A stretch of 52,258 nt of DNA from the IMG/VR virus record IMGVR_UViG_3300018412_000021, positions 1 to 52,258 of that record; one strand, given 5' to 3'. This document shows, piece by piece, positions 1 to 9,597 of this stretch. The DNA is from a virus. Its lineage: Duplodnaviria > Caudoviricetes. Each line of letters begins with the position of its first letter. The stretch's first letter is position 1. Position numbers and translations under genes: made by a program. The notes beneath the pieces are model-generated. The model made no database searches. It saw nothing but the letters and a program-made list of their open reading frames with translations, and had not been told where the DNA came from.

Positions 1-1
1 C

Positions 2-1117
2 GGTGGAAGTGTAGTACGTTCTTTAGACAATAATGAATTTTCTGTAAGTGGCAGTGTTGCTCTATCCCCCTCACAGTCTGCTGGCATCACTCTGACAGTC
101 TCTGTAGTGGCTAACACAACGCTTTACACCCTAACCTATACCACAGGTATCACAGGTAGCAATACAATTAGCTACACGTCATCTGGAGCTGCTACAGCTA
201 ATGAAATTGTCACTGGTATTAAAGCTATTATTGATTTATCTCACCCACTGCTTTCAGCTTCTTTAGTTGGTGATACTCTTGTAGTTGATCTGACTGATGT
301 GTTTCAATCAAGCACATTCAATGTAAGCAGTAATCTTGCAATCACTAAAGTTAAAAAGATTGGTCAATTGGTTGCTGTAGAAGTTGGTGAAATTAATCAA
401 GATGCTAACACCATCACTGAAATTGTAACCCCTGTTCTTGGTTGGGATAGTGTAACGAATCCGTTAGCAGCCTCTCCGGGTAGACTTGTAGAAACTGACG
501 AAGAGATTCGCTTACGATTTCGTAATACTAAACTAGAACGTAGCTCAAACATCCTAGATAGTCTGTACTCATCTCTACTAAACGTAGATGGTGTACAAGA
601 GGTGGCTATCTACGAGAACGATACTGATATTACAGACTCTAATGGTGTTCTTCCTCACAGCTTTCTCCCTGTAGTTCTTGGCGGCTCCAGTCAGAGTATT
701 GCTCAGACTATTTGGGAAAATAAGCCAATGGGGATCAAGAGTCAAGGCAATACAGTTGTCCCTATCACAGATAGTCAAGGGTTTCTACATAATATTGGAT
801 TTGAAAGACCAACTCCTGTAACGATCTATATTGACATGGTGTTGAGCCTTAATCCTGAAGCCCCTGTACAGTTCTCTGGTGACGGCGCTGATCAGATTAG
901 AGCTGCTATCCAGACTTACGCTTCTGAGAACTTTGGTGTTGGTAAGGATGTAATTTATAGCCGTATGTTTACTCCTATTAACACAATTCCGGGGCATCAG
1001 GTTGATAGTCTGTTTATTGGTACAACACCAAGTCCTGTTGGGACAAGCAACATCACCATTGACTTTGCTGACATTAGTTCATTTGAATCTGTCAATATTT
1101 CGATAACAGTATCTTAA
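2..1117 (+). CDS. Baseplate J-like wedge protein (5' end lies outside the window)
   Basis: The frame is open from position 2. It carries baseplate-J-type motifs GWDSVTNP..GRLVETDEEIRLRF, LLNVDGV and IYENDTD...LPHSF. Confidence 0.85.
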   Translation, partial: GGSVVRSLDNNEFSVSGSVALSPSQSAGITLTVSVVANTTLYTLTYTTGITGSNTISYTSSGAATANEIVTGIKAIIDLSHPLLSASLVGDTLVVDLTDVFQSSTFNVSSNLAITKVKKIGQLVAVEVGEINQDANTITEIVTPVLGWDSVTNPLAASPGRLVETDEEIRLRFRNTKLERSSNILDSLYSSLLNVDGVQEVAIYENDTDITDSNGVLPHSFLPVVLGGSSQSIAQTIWENKPMGIKSQGNTVVPITDSQGFLHNIGFERPTPVTIYIDMVLSLNPEAPVQFSGDGADQIRAAIQTYASENFGVGKDVIYSRMFTPINTIPGHQVDSLFIGTTPSPVGTSNITIDFADISSFESVNISITVS

Positions 1118-1129
1118 GGGGACTTGCAA

Positions 1130-2014
1130 ATGGCTATAGTGCCCTTCACAGAAGCTGAGTATTTAGAAGAAGCAAGAAGTCGTGTTACTCAACAGTTCAC
1201 AGAAAAAGAGGTGTTCGACAAGTACCTCCAGCTTCTAATCGACCAACAAGAAAGTCTTCAGCAAGTATTCAAAGACCTTATTCAGAAAAGAAGTATTGAT
1301 GAGGCCACTGGAGCAACACTAGATATAATTGGTGAGATTGTAGGCCAACCTAGGGAACTTATCTCTGTTGATCTATTTAACTTCTTCGGCTTTCAAGGTG
1401 CTCTTAAGGCAGATACTTTTGGCGACTTTGGTCAGCCTGTTATTGGCTCTAGGTTCTACGACTTTGGCACACCTCTTGGGGGCAACGCACCCCTGGATGA
1501 CGAAACATATCGCCTGTTTATCAAAGCAAAGATTCTGAAGAACAGAACAGCATCCACTCCAGAAGAGTTCTTAGCTTTCGTGAACTTCTTGTTCGGTACG
1601 GAGACTACAGCAATCATCTCTGAAGGTAATGCTGAATACACTGCTTTGTTTGGTAGAGAGCTTTCTACTTTTGAACAAGTATTATTGAACTATGTTTCCA
1701 CAAGTCAAGGTTATCCATCTCGCCTGATTCCTAAAACTGTAGGTGTAAGAATTAACTTTGGTTGGTTCCTTGCTGGCAACTACTTTGGCTTTCAAGGTGC
1801 AACTGGAGCTTTAGGTTTTGGTGATTTAACTGGGACAGTTGGGTATGGTCTGGGGTACGGGTTAGAATATGGAGATAGTAATTTTGGTCTTGGGACACCC
1901 GAGTGGAGCTTTACTTATGATGGCAGTGAACTCTATGATGGGGGTTCTACTTACTTCTCTACACCGACATATCCAGGCGGAATCGTTGGGGGTACTTTTG
2001 CTACACTATTTTAA
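1130..2014 (+). CDS. Baseplate protein (DUF2612-like)
   Basis: It follows the baseplate J gene and has ATGATLDIIGEIVGQPR and DDETYRLFIKAKILKN motifs. ATG at 1130 follows an AAGGGG RBS. Confidence 0.75.
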   Translation: MAIVPFTEAEYLEEARSRVTQQFTEKEVFDKYLQLLIDQQESLQQVFKDLIQKRSIDEATGATLDIIGEIVGQPRELISVDLFNFFGFQGALKADTFGDFGQPVIGSRFYDFGTPLGGNAPLDDETYRLFIKAKILKNRTASTPEEFLAFVNFLFGTETTAIISEGNAEYTALFGRELSTFEQVLLNYVSTSQGYPSRLIPKTVGVRINFGWFLAGNYFGFQGATGALGFGDLTGTVGYGLGYGLEYGDSNFGLGTPEWSFTYDGSELYDGGSTYFSTPTYPGGIVGGTFATLF

Positions 2015-2022
2015 GGAGTCTT

Positions 2023-3048
2023 ATGACTAATCTTACAGAGAGTTCGATATATGAAGCCGGTATCTATCAGCTAGAGACCAAAGACCCAGCTCTAGGTGGG
2101 CCTCCCGGGTTTGATGCAGGTATACCAGTTACCGGGCACGCTAACGTCCAAGCACAGCAACTGGCTAATCGTACAGCCTACTTGAACGCAAACAAACAGC
2201 CGTTATCTAATAATTTAACAAGTCTTGCATCCTTAACAGGAGCCGCTGATAGCCTGCCGTACTTCACTGGTGCCGGTGCGCTTAGCTTGACCACGTTGAC
2301 TGAATTGGCTAGGAATTTGCTGGATGATACTACCCAGTCAGGGATGCAAAGCACGCTAGGCTTGGTTAAGCAGACAAGCGCAACAGACACTACTGCTGGA
2401 GCTCTAATGACTGTTGGTGCATTTGGTTTGGGCACGGACAATCAGCCCACCAACATAGACCCAAACACTGTCAGGTATGGCTCAGTCATGGTGCCGGTTT
2501 CACAGCCTAATGCGCCTTCTACTGAGTGCGTTATGTGGTCTGGTGGTCAATCTGCCGGTGCCAGAAGTTCGCAGCTTGCTATTGATCACGGCGCGCCTAC
2601 TAGGGCGTGGATACGGGGATACAACAGTGGGCGCGTAGGCGCTGAATGGGCTCCGTGGACTGAGCTATGGACATCTGTTAGCGCCAACTCCATCACCGTA
2701 GATACCGGCTCTTTCGGCTACGGCACAGGCTCAGGCGGCACGGTAACGCAGGCGACGAGCAAATCAACAGGGGTCACTCTAAACAAGCCATCCGGGCAGA
2801 TCACGACCGCCAGTGATGCAATAGCCGCTAACTCGGCAGTCAGCTTCACGCTGACCAACGACAAGATCGCAGCCAACGATATTCCATCAATCGTAATTAA
2901 GAGCGGCGCAACGGCTGGTGCGTACGTTGTGCAAGTGGACGCAGTTGCCGCTGGCTCGTGCCGTGTCTCGATCCGCAACATGACGGCGGGGTCGTTGTCA
3001 GAAACACTCGTCTTGCAATTCAGCAACGGAAAAGGAGCAATCGCATGA
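2023..3048 (+). CDS. Tail fibre protein 1
   Basis: The N-terminus GIYQLET.DP.LGG...QAQQLANRT.YL is a fibre anchor. Fibre motifs LTGAADSLPYFTG and GALMTVGAFGLG are present. AAGGAG RBS. Confidence 0.75.
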   Translation: MTNLTESSIYEAGIYQLETKDPALGGPPGFDAGIPVTGHANVQAQQLANRTAYLNANKQPLSNNLTSLASLTGAADSLPYFTGAGALSLTTLTELARNLLDDTTQSGMQSTLGLVKQTSATDTTAGALMTVGAFGLGTDNQPTNIDPNTVRYGSVMVPVSQPNAPSTECVMWSGGQSAGARSSQLAIDHGAPTRAWIRGYNSGRVGAEWAPWTELWTSVSANSITVDTGSFGYGTGSGGTVTQATSKSTGVTLNKPSGQITTASDAIAANSAVSFTLTNDKIAANDIPSIVIKSGATAGAYVVQVDAVAAGSCRVSIRNMTAGSLSETLVLQFSNGKGAIA

Positions 3049-3242
3049 TCCTCTCAAGCGTAACGCACTACCTCGACAGCAATACCTTAGAAGCTGTTTG
3101 GCTTGAAGAAATCCTAGACTCAGACGGCCAGCCTATACGATTTGATAGGGTGAAGTGCCAGAGCTACTCAAGCGAGCAGCGAGCGGAGTTCGTGGCTGAT
3201 ACAGGAGCGCCTCAGTACGCTGATTTGGCGGGTTGGGTGTAA
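3045..3242 (+). CDS. Small protein, probable tail fibre chaperone/assembly factor
   Basis: ATGA overlap with the fibre stop and an AAGGAG RBS; 65 aa beginning MILSSVTHYLDS. Confidence 0.5.
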   Translation: MILSSVTHYLDSNTLEAVWLEEILDSDGQPIRFDRVKCQSYSSEQRAEFVADTGAPQYADLAGWV

Positions 3243-3266
3243 TGGGTACTAAGGTTTACATGAAAC

Positions 3267-3752
3267 ATGTCAGTTAAAAATAAACTCTTAGCTTTGGGGT
3301 TGTCTTCTGCACTTGCAACATCTGGTATGTTCATTGCAAAACATGAAGGATTAGTGCTTGGAACTTACCCTGACCCTGTTGGTATTGTCACATCTTGCTA
3401 TGGTCATACTGGCCCTGAGTTGAAACTAGGATAGAAGTTCTCTGAAGATGAATGTCTAGAGCAATTAGCTAAAGACCTCTCCAAACATAACAACGAGATG
3501 AGTAGATATATCAAAGTTCCATTGTCTGCTGAAGAACACGCTGCTTATTTATCGTTCACCTATAACGTAGGTGTGGGTAATTTTAAGCCTTCTACTTTGT
3601 TAAAACTTCTCAATAAAGGTCAGAGAGTAGAGGCTTGTGAACAACTTACTCGATGGGTATTTGCAAAAGGTAAAAAACTTCAAGGCCTAGTCAATAGACG
3701 TAATGATGAGAAAGCCCTATGCCTCTCTGGTATAAACAATTTTAAGGAATAA
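3267..3752 (+). pseudogene. SAR-type lysozyme (GH24 endolysin) interrupted by in-frame TAG at 3432-3434
   Basis: The reading is MSVKNKLLALGLSSALATSGMFIAKHEGLVLGTYPDPVGIVTSCYGHTGPELKLG*KFSEDEC, continuing in frame into ORF 3498-3752 (SFTYNVGVGNF..STLLKLLN, GLVNRR). The E-x8-D-x5-T catalytic triad is intact. Confidence 0.85.
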
Positions 3753-3756
3753 ATAA

Positions 3757-4656
3757 ATGCCACAAATTCTAAAACCCTCAAACCTTAGTTTGACTTGGGC
3801 ATCTGCCGGAGATGTACTAAACCCCGGTGATACTAAATATGCAACAGGTTGGCAAGTTGAGATTCCTCCTCGCCAATGGTTCAACTACCTAGATAATCGT
3901 CAAGACACTGCTCTCGCACACATCAACCAACATGGTGTTGTTGTTTGGGATGCTTTGACAGAGTACCAAGCTAATAAGAGTTATGTTCAAGGTCCTACTA
4001 CTGGGGCAGTATATCGTAGTAAACAAACTCACACTAATCAAAACCCCGATTTAGATGTTGGTGAAGTTTACTGGGAGTTTGCATTCGCATCTCCTGGTGA
4101 CTTTTACACTAAGACCCAAGCTGATGCACTGTACTTAGCAAAAGCAAGTAATCTTGCTGACCTACCTAATGCCGCGACAGCCCGTACAAACCTCGGTGTT
4201 TACTCTCAAGCGCAGACTTACACTAAAACTGAGGTTGATGCTAAGACTACTGTAGCTTCTACTGCACAGGCACAGGGGCTTGCTTCCAACACCACATTGA
4301 TTACCCCATTGCGCGTCAAAGAGGCATTTAACGCTAGCGGATCAGCGCCATTTTTTGCAGTAAGAGCTTGGGCAAATTTCGATGGTATTACTACTGCGAC
4401 TGTCAGAGCTTCTGGTAATATAGCATCAGTAGTCAGAACAGGTGCTGGGCTTTATACAGTGACATTTTCAGTGGCAATGCCTGATGCGAACTATGCGGTT
4501 ACTGGCACAGCCACTCAATCACCAACAGGGCCTGAGCTTCTTGCAGATGCGTTCACTTACTTTAATAGGTCTGTTTCGGGGTTTGATATACAAACCTTTA
4601 CTACCGAAAACACATTAAATGATTGTGGCGAAATTTCTTTTACGGTGGTACGATAA
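3757..4656 (+). CDS. Tail fibre protein 2
   Basis: The N-terminus WASAGD...KYATGW..EIPPRQWFN is typical of myovirus fibres. It has a NLADL...ARTNLGV repeat and a C-terminal RAWANFDG...YTVTF..AMPDANY domain. Confidence 0.8.
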   Translation: MPQILKPSNLSLTWASAGDVLNPGDTKYATGWQVEIPPRQWFNYLDNRQDTALAHINQHGVVVWDALTEYQANKSYVQGPTTGAVYRSKQTHTNQNPDLDVGEVYWEFAFASPGDFYTKTQADALYLAKASNLADLPNAATARTNLGVYSQAQTYTKTEVDAKTTVASTAQAQGLASNTTLITPLRVKEAFNASGSAPFFAVRAWANFDGITTATVRASGNIASVVRTGAGLYTVTFSVAMPDANYAVTGTATQSPTGPELLADAFTYFNRSVSGFDIQTFTTENTLNDCGEISFTVVR

Positions 4657-4657
4657 T

Positions 4658-7279
4658 ATGGCACAGCAACAATCCCCCTTTTTAGAAGCAGCTTACGGGT
4701 GGAATTTCGGTGAAGGTGGTTGGAATTCAGGAATGGATCAAAACCTTCTCAAATTCTCCTTCATGTTTGACCGCAATGTGGATAGTATTGTAGCGTCCTT
4801 GCCAGCAGCAGTAAACGGACAAGCGCACTACCTTACAACAGATAACCGCCTATACTTTGCGGTAGGGTCAACATACTTCAGCACCCCAGTACCTAAATGG
4901 TTTACGGTGTTTGTACGTTCTACGGGGCAAACACATCAATATAACGGAACATCCCTTGTTCAGATTGATAGTCCTGCACAACTAGATTCCCGTCTTGATG
5001 CTGTAGAACTTACCGTAGCAAACCTGGGTACAGCAGCTTTTCAAAGTGTTGAATTCTTTGCTACACAAGCTGAACTGGACGTAGTTTCCGCAAGTGCATC
5101 CAACTATACTGATGCTTTGAGGGGTGATCTTGCAGATCCGGCGAAGGGTTCGGCGATGGTTGCGTTCGGGCAGGGCAATGTTTCAACCGCACTCAGCTCC
5201 CGTGTTGTTCAGGTAGCCACCATCGCAGACCTTCGCAACCTAGAGCCTGCGTTTGATGGGCAGCAGGTTGAGTTGTTGGGACATACTGCTTCAGGGATCG
5301 GAGGTGGTATATTCTACGCCGACTACAATAGTGTCGCAGCTGATGATAACGGCGTTACGGTTGTCACTGTTGGCGGTAAGAGGTGGTTGCGGAGACTGGA
5401 CGGATTTGTTTCTCCCACGATGTTCGGTGCTATCGGTGATGGTGTTGTTGATGACACCGCACCTGTTCAGTCTTCCGTAATTTCTGGTAAGTCAGTTTTA
5501 ATCCCAACGGGTGACATCTACCGACTCACTGGGATGGTTGATGTTCCTGATGACGTGGAGATTTACGGAGCAGGTGAGATATATGTGGATCAGAACCCAT
5601 ATATAAGAGCGTTGAATTTACGCGCGGGATGCAGGGTTGACGGTGTTAAATTCCGTGGTCGTAGCTCCGCTACTGCAATGTCTGAGGGAATAGGTGGAGG
5701 ATACAGGGGCGTAGCTATATCTGCGTCCAATTGCGATGACGTGCGGGTAACTAACTGCAAATTTTACAGTTTTGTGTCCAACGCAATTAATGTTGGAGCG
5801 GGCATTGTTGGGTTTGGCTACTCAAATAATATGGCTGTTACAGACTGTTACTTTGATGACAGTAATGATGGGTTCTTCGATATTGAATCCAGCTACTTTA
5901 CTGGAGATTGCGTATTTAGCAGAAACATTAGCTATTCCAACAGCGATGTTTTTATCGGTATATCGTCAGTAGGCTCTACGACTAATGCGCCAGAAACCGA
6001 AATAAGCGCGGTATCACATCACGTCATCTCTGACAACATCCACATAAAGCGAAGAGGTAAATCCTTACCATCTGGTAGAATGATGGGCCGACATGCCATA
6101 TCTATTCACTATACAGAGGGTAAATCTTACGCAACTATCACCGGCAATATCTTTGGAGTGTGCAGCAGGCATGGCGTATACATGCGAGGAAATGAGCCCG
6201 TTGACCCCAAGCCCCCGATTGGGCCAAATATCGTTGCAAACAACTTTCTCATTTACTGTGGAAATGCTTTAGACGACCCTAGTAATTATCATAGCGGTAT
6301 AATGCTCGAAGTGAACACTCACACTGTCGTCACCGGGAACCACTTTTTCAAATCAGGATATACTCCTACTGGCAACCCAGCAGCGGCTGATGCTTACGAC
6401 ATATCAACTACCCGTGGGACTCAATATGTAACTATTACAAACAACATGATGCGTGGGGCAAAAAATGGCGCTATTTATCTGAATATGTCAGTTCCTGGCT
6501 ATACCAGTAGGCAAATTATAATCAGTGAAAATCAAATTGCCTCTAATGGTTTTGGTATCTTCGTTGGAGTGCATACCGGCGCTGTCGATTGCAGGGACAT
6601 AAAAATAACAGGCAACATTATTCAGCTACTTAGCACAACGGCTATGGGCTTTTCTAATTTCAACTTTGGCATTGGTTTTGAATTACAAATCGGTCAATCT
6701 AACTCTTTAGAAATCACAGGCAACACTGTCACTGGTTTAGGTAAAACTAACGGACAGTATGGTTTGTGTTTGAGAGGAAGTGCTCCCGGCTCTATGGAGT
6801 CAACTGCAAAAGTTCATGGGAATACTTTTATAAACCTTTACCGAGGATTTGCGAGCTGGAGGGTGACTAGCGGGCCTTCAGGAATTGAGTATGTTTACCA
6901 CAAAGCATGGGGCGTTGATACGCGAGTAAAAGATAACACATTCCAGAACTGCGCTGAAGCACTCTTCGCTGCAAAAAATGCAAATAACGCTCTGGCGTTC
7001 GTTGAGCCAAGCAACAAGTTTATCGGGTGTGACTCAACGTCAATATCAACAGTTGTTGACGTAAACTCGACCGTTGTAATTGGTGAAGTGTCGGGTGTTA
7101 ATGCGTCCGGTGTAGCAAACGTAAACCTAAGGGTAACAGCACCCCCATCATCCGAAGCATATTCTGCCGGGGATAGTATAGTTAACCCAGCGCCAACAGC
7201 TGGTGGATATATGGGCTCTGTTTGTGTTACCGCAGGCAGTCCCGGCGTCTGGAAAAGTTATGGCAGCATTAGCGTCTAA
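4658..7279 (+). CDS. Tailspike / putative polysaccharide depolymerase (right-handed beta-helix)
   Basis: FGAIGDGVVDDT pectate-lyase-like start, many I.GN repeats and a C-terminal GYMGSVCVTAGSPGVWKSYG. ATG at 4658. Confidence 0.8.
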   Translation: MAQQQSPFLEAAYGWNFGEGGWNSGMDQNLLKFSFMFDRNVDSIVASLPAAVNGQAHYLTTDNRLYFAVGSTYFSTPVPKWFTVFVRSTGQTHQYNGTSLVQIDSPAQLDSRLDAVELTVANLGTAAFQSVEFFATQAELDVVSASASNYTDALRGDLADPAKGSAMVAFGQGNVSTALSSRVVQVATIADLRNLEPAFDGQQVELLGHTASGIGGGIFYADYNSVAADDNGVTVVTVGGKRWLRRLDGFVSPTMFGAIGDGVVDDTAPVQSSVISGKSVLIPTGDIYRLTGMVDVPDDVEIYGAGEIYVDQNPYIRALNLRAGCRVDGVKFRGRSSATAMSEGIGGGYRGVAISASNCDDVRVTNCKFYSFVSNAINVGAGIVGFGYSNNMAVTDCYFDDSNDGFFDIESSYFTGDCVFSRNISYSNSDVFIGISSVGSTTNAPETEISAVSHHVISDNIHIKRRGKSLPSGRMMGRHAISIHYTEGKSYATITGNIFGVCSRHGVYMRGNEPVDPKPPIGPNIVANNFLIYCGNALDDPSNYHSGIMLEVNTHTVVTGNHFFKSGYTPTGNPAAADAYDISTTRGTQYVTITNNMMRGAKNGAIYLNMSVPGYTSRQIIISENQIASNGFGIFVGVHTGAVDCRDIKITGNIIQLLSTTAMGFSNFNFGIGFELQIGQSNSLEITGNTVTGLGKTNGQYGLCLRGSAPGSMESTAKVHGNTFINLYRGFASWRVTSGPSGIEYVYHKAWGVDTRVKDNTFQNCAEALFAAKNANNALAFVEPSNKFIGCDSTSISTVVDVNSTVVIGEVSGVNASGVANVNLRVTAPPSSEAYSAGDSIVNPAPTAGGYMGSVCVTAGSPGVWKSYGSISV

Positions 7280-7336
7280 TTCTGTATTGTCCGCGACACG
7301 TCATCCAGCCAGTTGGGGCTTCTTTCTTACTGATAG

Positions 7337-7798
7337 GAACCTCAGTACCTTTATCCTTGGGGTAATGCCAGAGACGGGTTCTATGGAGATAAGAGAGGTT
7401 GGTGGTCTAACGAAAGAAAGGGCAATCATAAGTCTTTCTGGTCACAGTATCTTTGGTCGGCTGTCCGTAACCCCTGCAACAACTTACGTTTCATGCCTCT
7501 ATCTTCTGTCAATGTTAGAGATGCTAAGTCTGTTGAACTGTTGGCAGGACAAGAATATGTCCGAGACAGGGTTGGAGATGAAGGATGGCAGTTTGTAAGA
7601 GTTGTGGATAAGAATAGCATTCCCTATTATGGACTCTACTTTGTAAAAGTTAAGAAGAATGGAAAGGGTGTTGTTATTCGTCTTGGGTTCAAGATAGAAC
7701 CAAAACATGCTTATGAGTATGCTGGAACAGAAGATGAAGATAATGCTTCTTATAATAAAGGCATGACTTTCAAGATTTCGTTCAACAAGACATTATGA
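7337..7798 (+). pseudogene. 5'-truncated phage gene (the annotated ORF 7493-7798 is its distal part)
   Basis: The frame is open from 7337 (PWGNARDGFYGDKRGWW...WSAVRNPCNNLRF) directly after TGA TAG, with no start codon before 7493. Confidence 0.5.
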
Positions 7799-7808
7799 CA
7801 GGTGAGAT

Positions 7809-8444
7809 ATGTTCTCCAAGATTATGAAAAGATTTTGTAAGGGTGCATCCGAAGTGTATCCCCAGAAAGAAGTATTAGAAGAAGATTTACCAGCTATGGA
7901 GAACAGTCTCGTGCAAAAGAAATCACTATTTATCTCTGCTGGACATTCTGACACAGACCCCGGAGCCAAGGGGAACGGCTATAGTGAAGCCGACATTGTG
8001 CTAGAATTTAGGGATATGTTGGCAACAGAGTTAGAGGTATTAGGTGTTTCATTTGGTAGGGATGGAAGTGCAGGTTCCAACCTCCCCCTAAGAGATGCTA
8101 TCAACCTAGCTAAATCATACGATCTAGCAATAGAATTTCACTGTAATGCCTTCCACCTACCCTCTGCTACAGGGGTTGAGACTTTAAGCCGTTCTCACCA
8201 CCACAGCCTTACTAACAAGTTAAATGCTCTCATCTCTTCCACTCTTGGTATCAACAACAGGGGTAGTAAAGGTGAGAGTAGTGGTCAACACAGCAGGCTT
8301 GGGTTTATCTCTCAAGCTGATGGTATTATTGTAGAACTCTTCTTTATCTCTAACCCCGAAGATGTTAGGAAATACCAAGAGAATAAGAACGTATTGGCTA
8401 AGAGAGTAGCTGAACTCTTAAAGGAAGAAGTGTATGCCGATTAA
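7809..8444 (+). CDS. N-acetylmuramoyl-L-alanine amidase (Amidase_3) endolysin
   Basis: Zn-amidase motifs SAGHS..DPGA...EA, EFHCNA and VELFFISN; it heads the lysis cassette. Confidence 0.9.
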   Translation: MFSKIMKRFCKGASEVYPQKEVLEEDLPAMENSLVQKKSLFISAGHSDTDPGAKGNGYSEADIVLEFRDMLATELEVLGVSFGRDGSAGSNLPLRDAINLAKSYDLAIEFHCNAFHLPSATGVETLSRSHHHSLTNKLNALISSTLGINNRGSKGESSGQHSRLGFISQADGIIVELFFISNPEDVRKYQENKNVLAKRVAELLKEEVYAD

Positions 8445-8700
8445 GAAAGTGAAGTGTCTCTTAGATAAACTCTTTAACGAACAGAAGTTCTTTAGGCGTG
8501 TTATCCTCTTGTGGGCTATCACCCTTATTACAGTGTTTGTTCTGTTTCTGATGAATGTTGAACTACTGATTGGTATTGGTGCAGCAGGGGCTACAGTAGC
8601 TACAGGTGTTATTGGTATTCTGGCTACGATTGTTTCTTTCTACCAATGGCATAGGAAGTTGGATGATGAAGAGAAGAATGGGGGTGAGGGAGGTGATTAA
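8434..8700 (+). CDS. Putative holin
   Basis: 88 aa with two hydrophobic helices and a charged C-terminus, between the endolysin and the spanins. Confidence 0.65.
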   Translation: MPIKKVKCLLDKLFNEQKFFRRVILLWAITLITVFVLFLMNVELLIGIGAAGATVATGVIGILATIVSFYQWHRKLDDEEKNGGEGGD

Positions 8701-9112
8701 ATTCCTGACCCCATTAAAGAAGTATGTGATTGTAGGGTTGGTATCCACCTCCATCCTCCTCCTTTACCTTCTACACTCAGCTAACAATGAAATCTCTGAT
8801 TTGAGAAGCACCTCCTTTTCACTAGAGACTGCCAACAGAAATAATCAAACAACTATCAAACAACTGCAAGAAGACCTCTTATTTTGTGAAGATAGTGGGG
8901 CTAGGCTGGTAGAGAATCAACGATCTACCACTACCCTATACGATGGTATAGGTGGAGAGTTATCTCGCCTAATTGACCAGAGAACACCGAGGAAAGAGCG
9001 TAATGAAGACACTATCAGTGTTGATACTGGCCTTGACCTGTCTCCTGAGTTTAGGTTGCTCTTCCAAGCAGCCTGTAGTGCAGACAGAGATTGTGTACAG
9101 AACACTCCCTAA
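8693..9112 (+). CDS. i-spanin (Rz-like)
   Basis: GTG at 8693 after a GAGG-rich RBS; N-terminal TM segment followed by a coiled coil; overlaps the lipoprotein gene. Confidence 0.7.
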   Translation: MIKFLTPLKKYVIVGLVSTSILLLYLLHSANNEISDLRSTSFSLETANRNNQTTIKQLQEDLLFCEDSGARLVENQRSTTTLYDGIGGELSRLIDQRTPRKERNEDTISVDTGLDLSPEFRLLFQAACSADRDCVQNTP

Positions 9113-9293
9113 CCACCTACTAGAAGACTGTAAACCTGAGTATGTTATTGTAGAGGACGATACAGCTAATTCTTATAGACTGTCCTTCTATGCTGTGTCT
9201 CAGGCTTACATTGGAACTATGAGGAACATTGCTTTGTGCAATAATAGGTATCAGGAAGCAAGGGAATACAATAAGAGGTTTTCTAATGAGTAA
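9003..9293 (+). CDS. o-spanin (Rz1-like lipoprotein)
   Basis: MKTLSVLILALTCLLSLGC signal peptide and lipobox; starts inside the i-spanin gene in another frame. Confidence 0.8.
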   Translation: MKTLSVLILALTCLLSLGCSSKQPVVQTEIVYRTLPNHLLEDCKPEYVIVEDDTANSYRLSFYAVSQAYIGTMRNIALCNNRYQEAREYNKRFSNE

Positions 9294-9597
9294 TCAACAA
9301 AATAAACCCGTGCAAGGGGCTATGGTTCTGTATGAACAAGCGGCTACGAAAATCCTCATCCCTCTGCTCTTTGTTCTTATGACTGGTCTTCTTACATGGA
9401 TGACAAAAGTTGAGGATAGGCAGTATGCCCTTCAACGAGAAGCTGTGACAGAGGCCAAACTAGAAGCAACAGAGAGACGAATCACTGCCTACATGGATGT
9501 TCGCCTCAAAGATTTGGATAACAAGATGCAACTGGTCATTCGTCAGTTGGAGTTGCTGCATATACAGCAACAGAGACAAATAGAGAGGTCGCAGTGA
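9286..9597 (+). CDS. Membrane-anchored coiled-coil protein
   Basis: ATG at 9286 with a GAGG RBS; one TM segment then a coiled coil. Confidence 0.6.
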   Translation: MSNQQNKPVQGAMVLYEQAATKILIPLLFVLMTGLLTWMTKVEDRQYALQREAVTEAKLEATERRITAYMDVRLKDLDNKMQLVIRQLELLHIQQQRQIERSQ

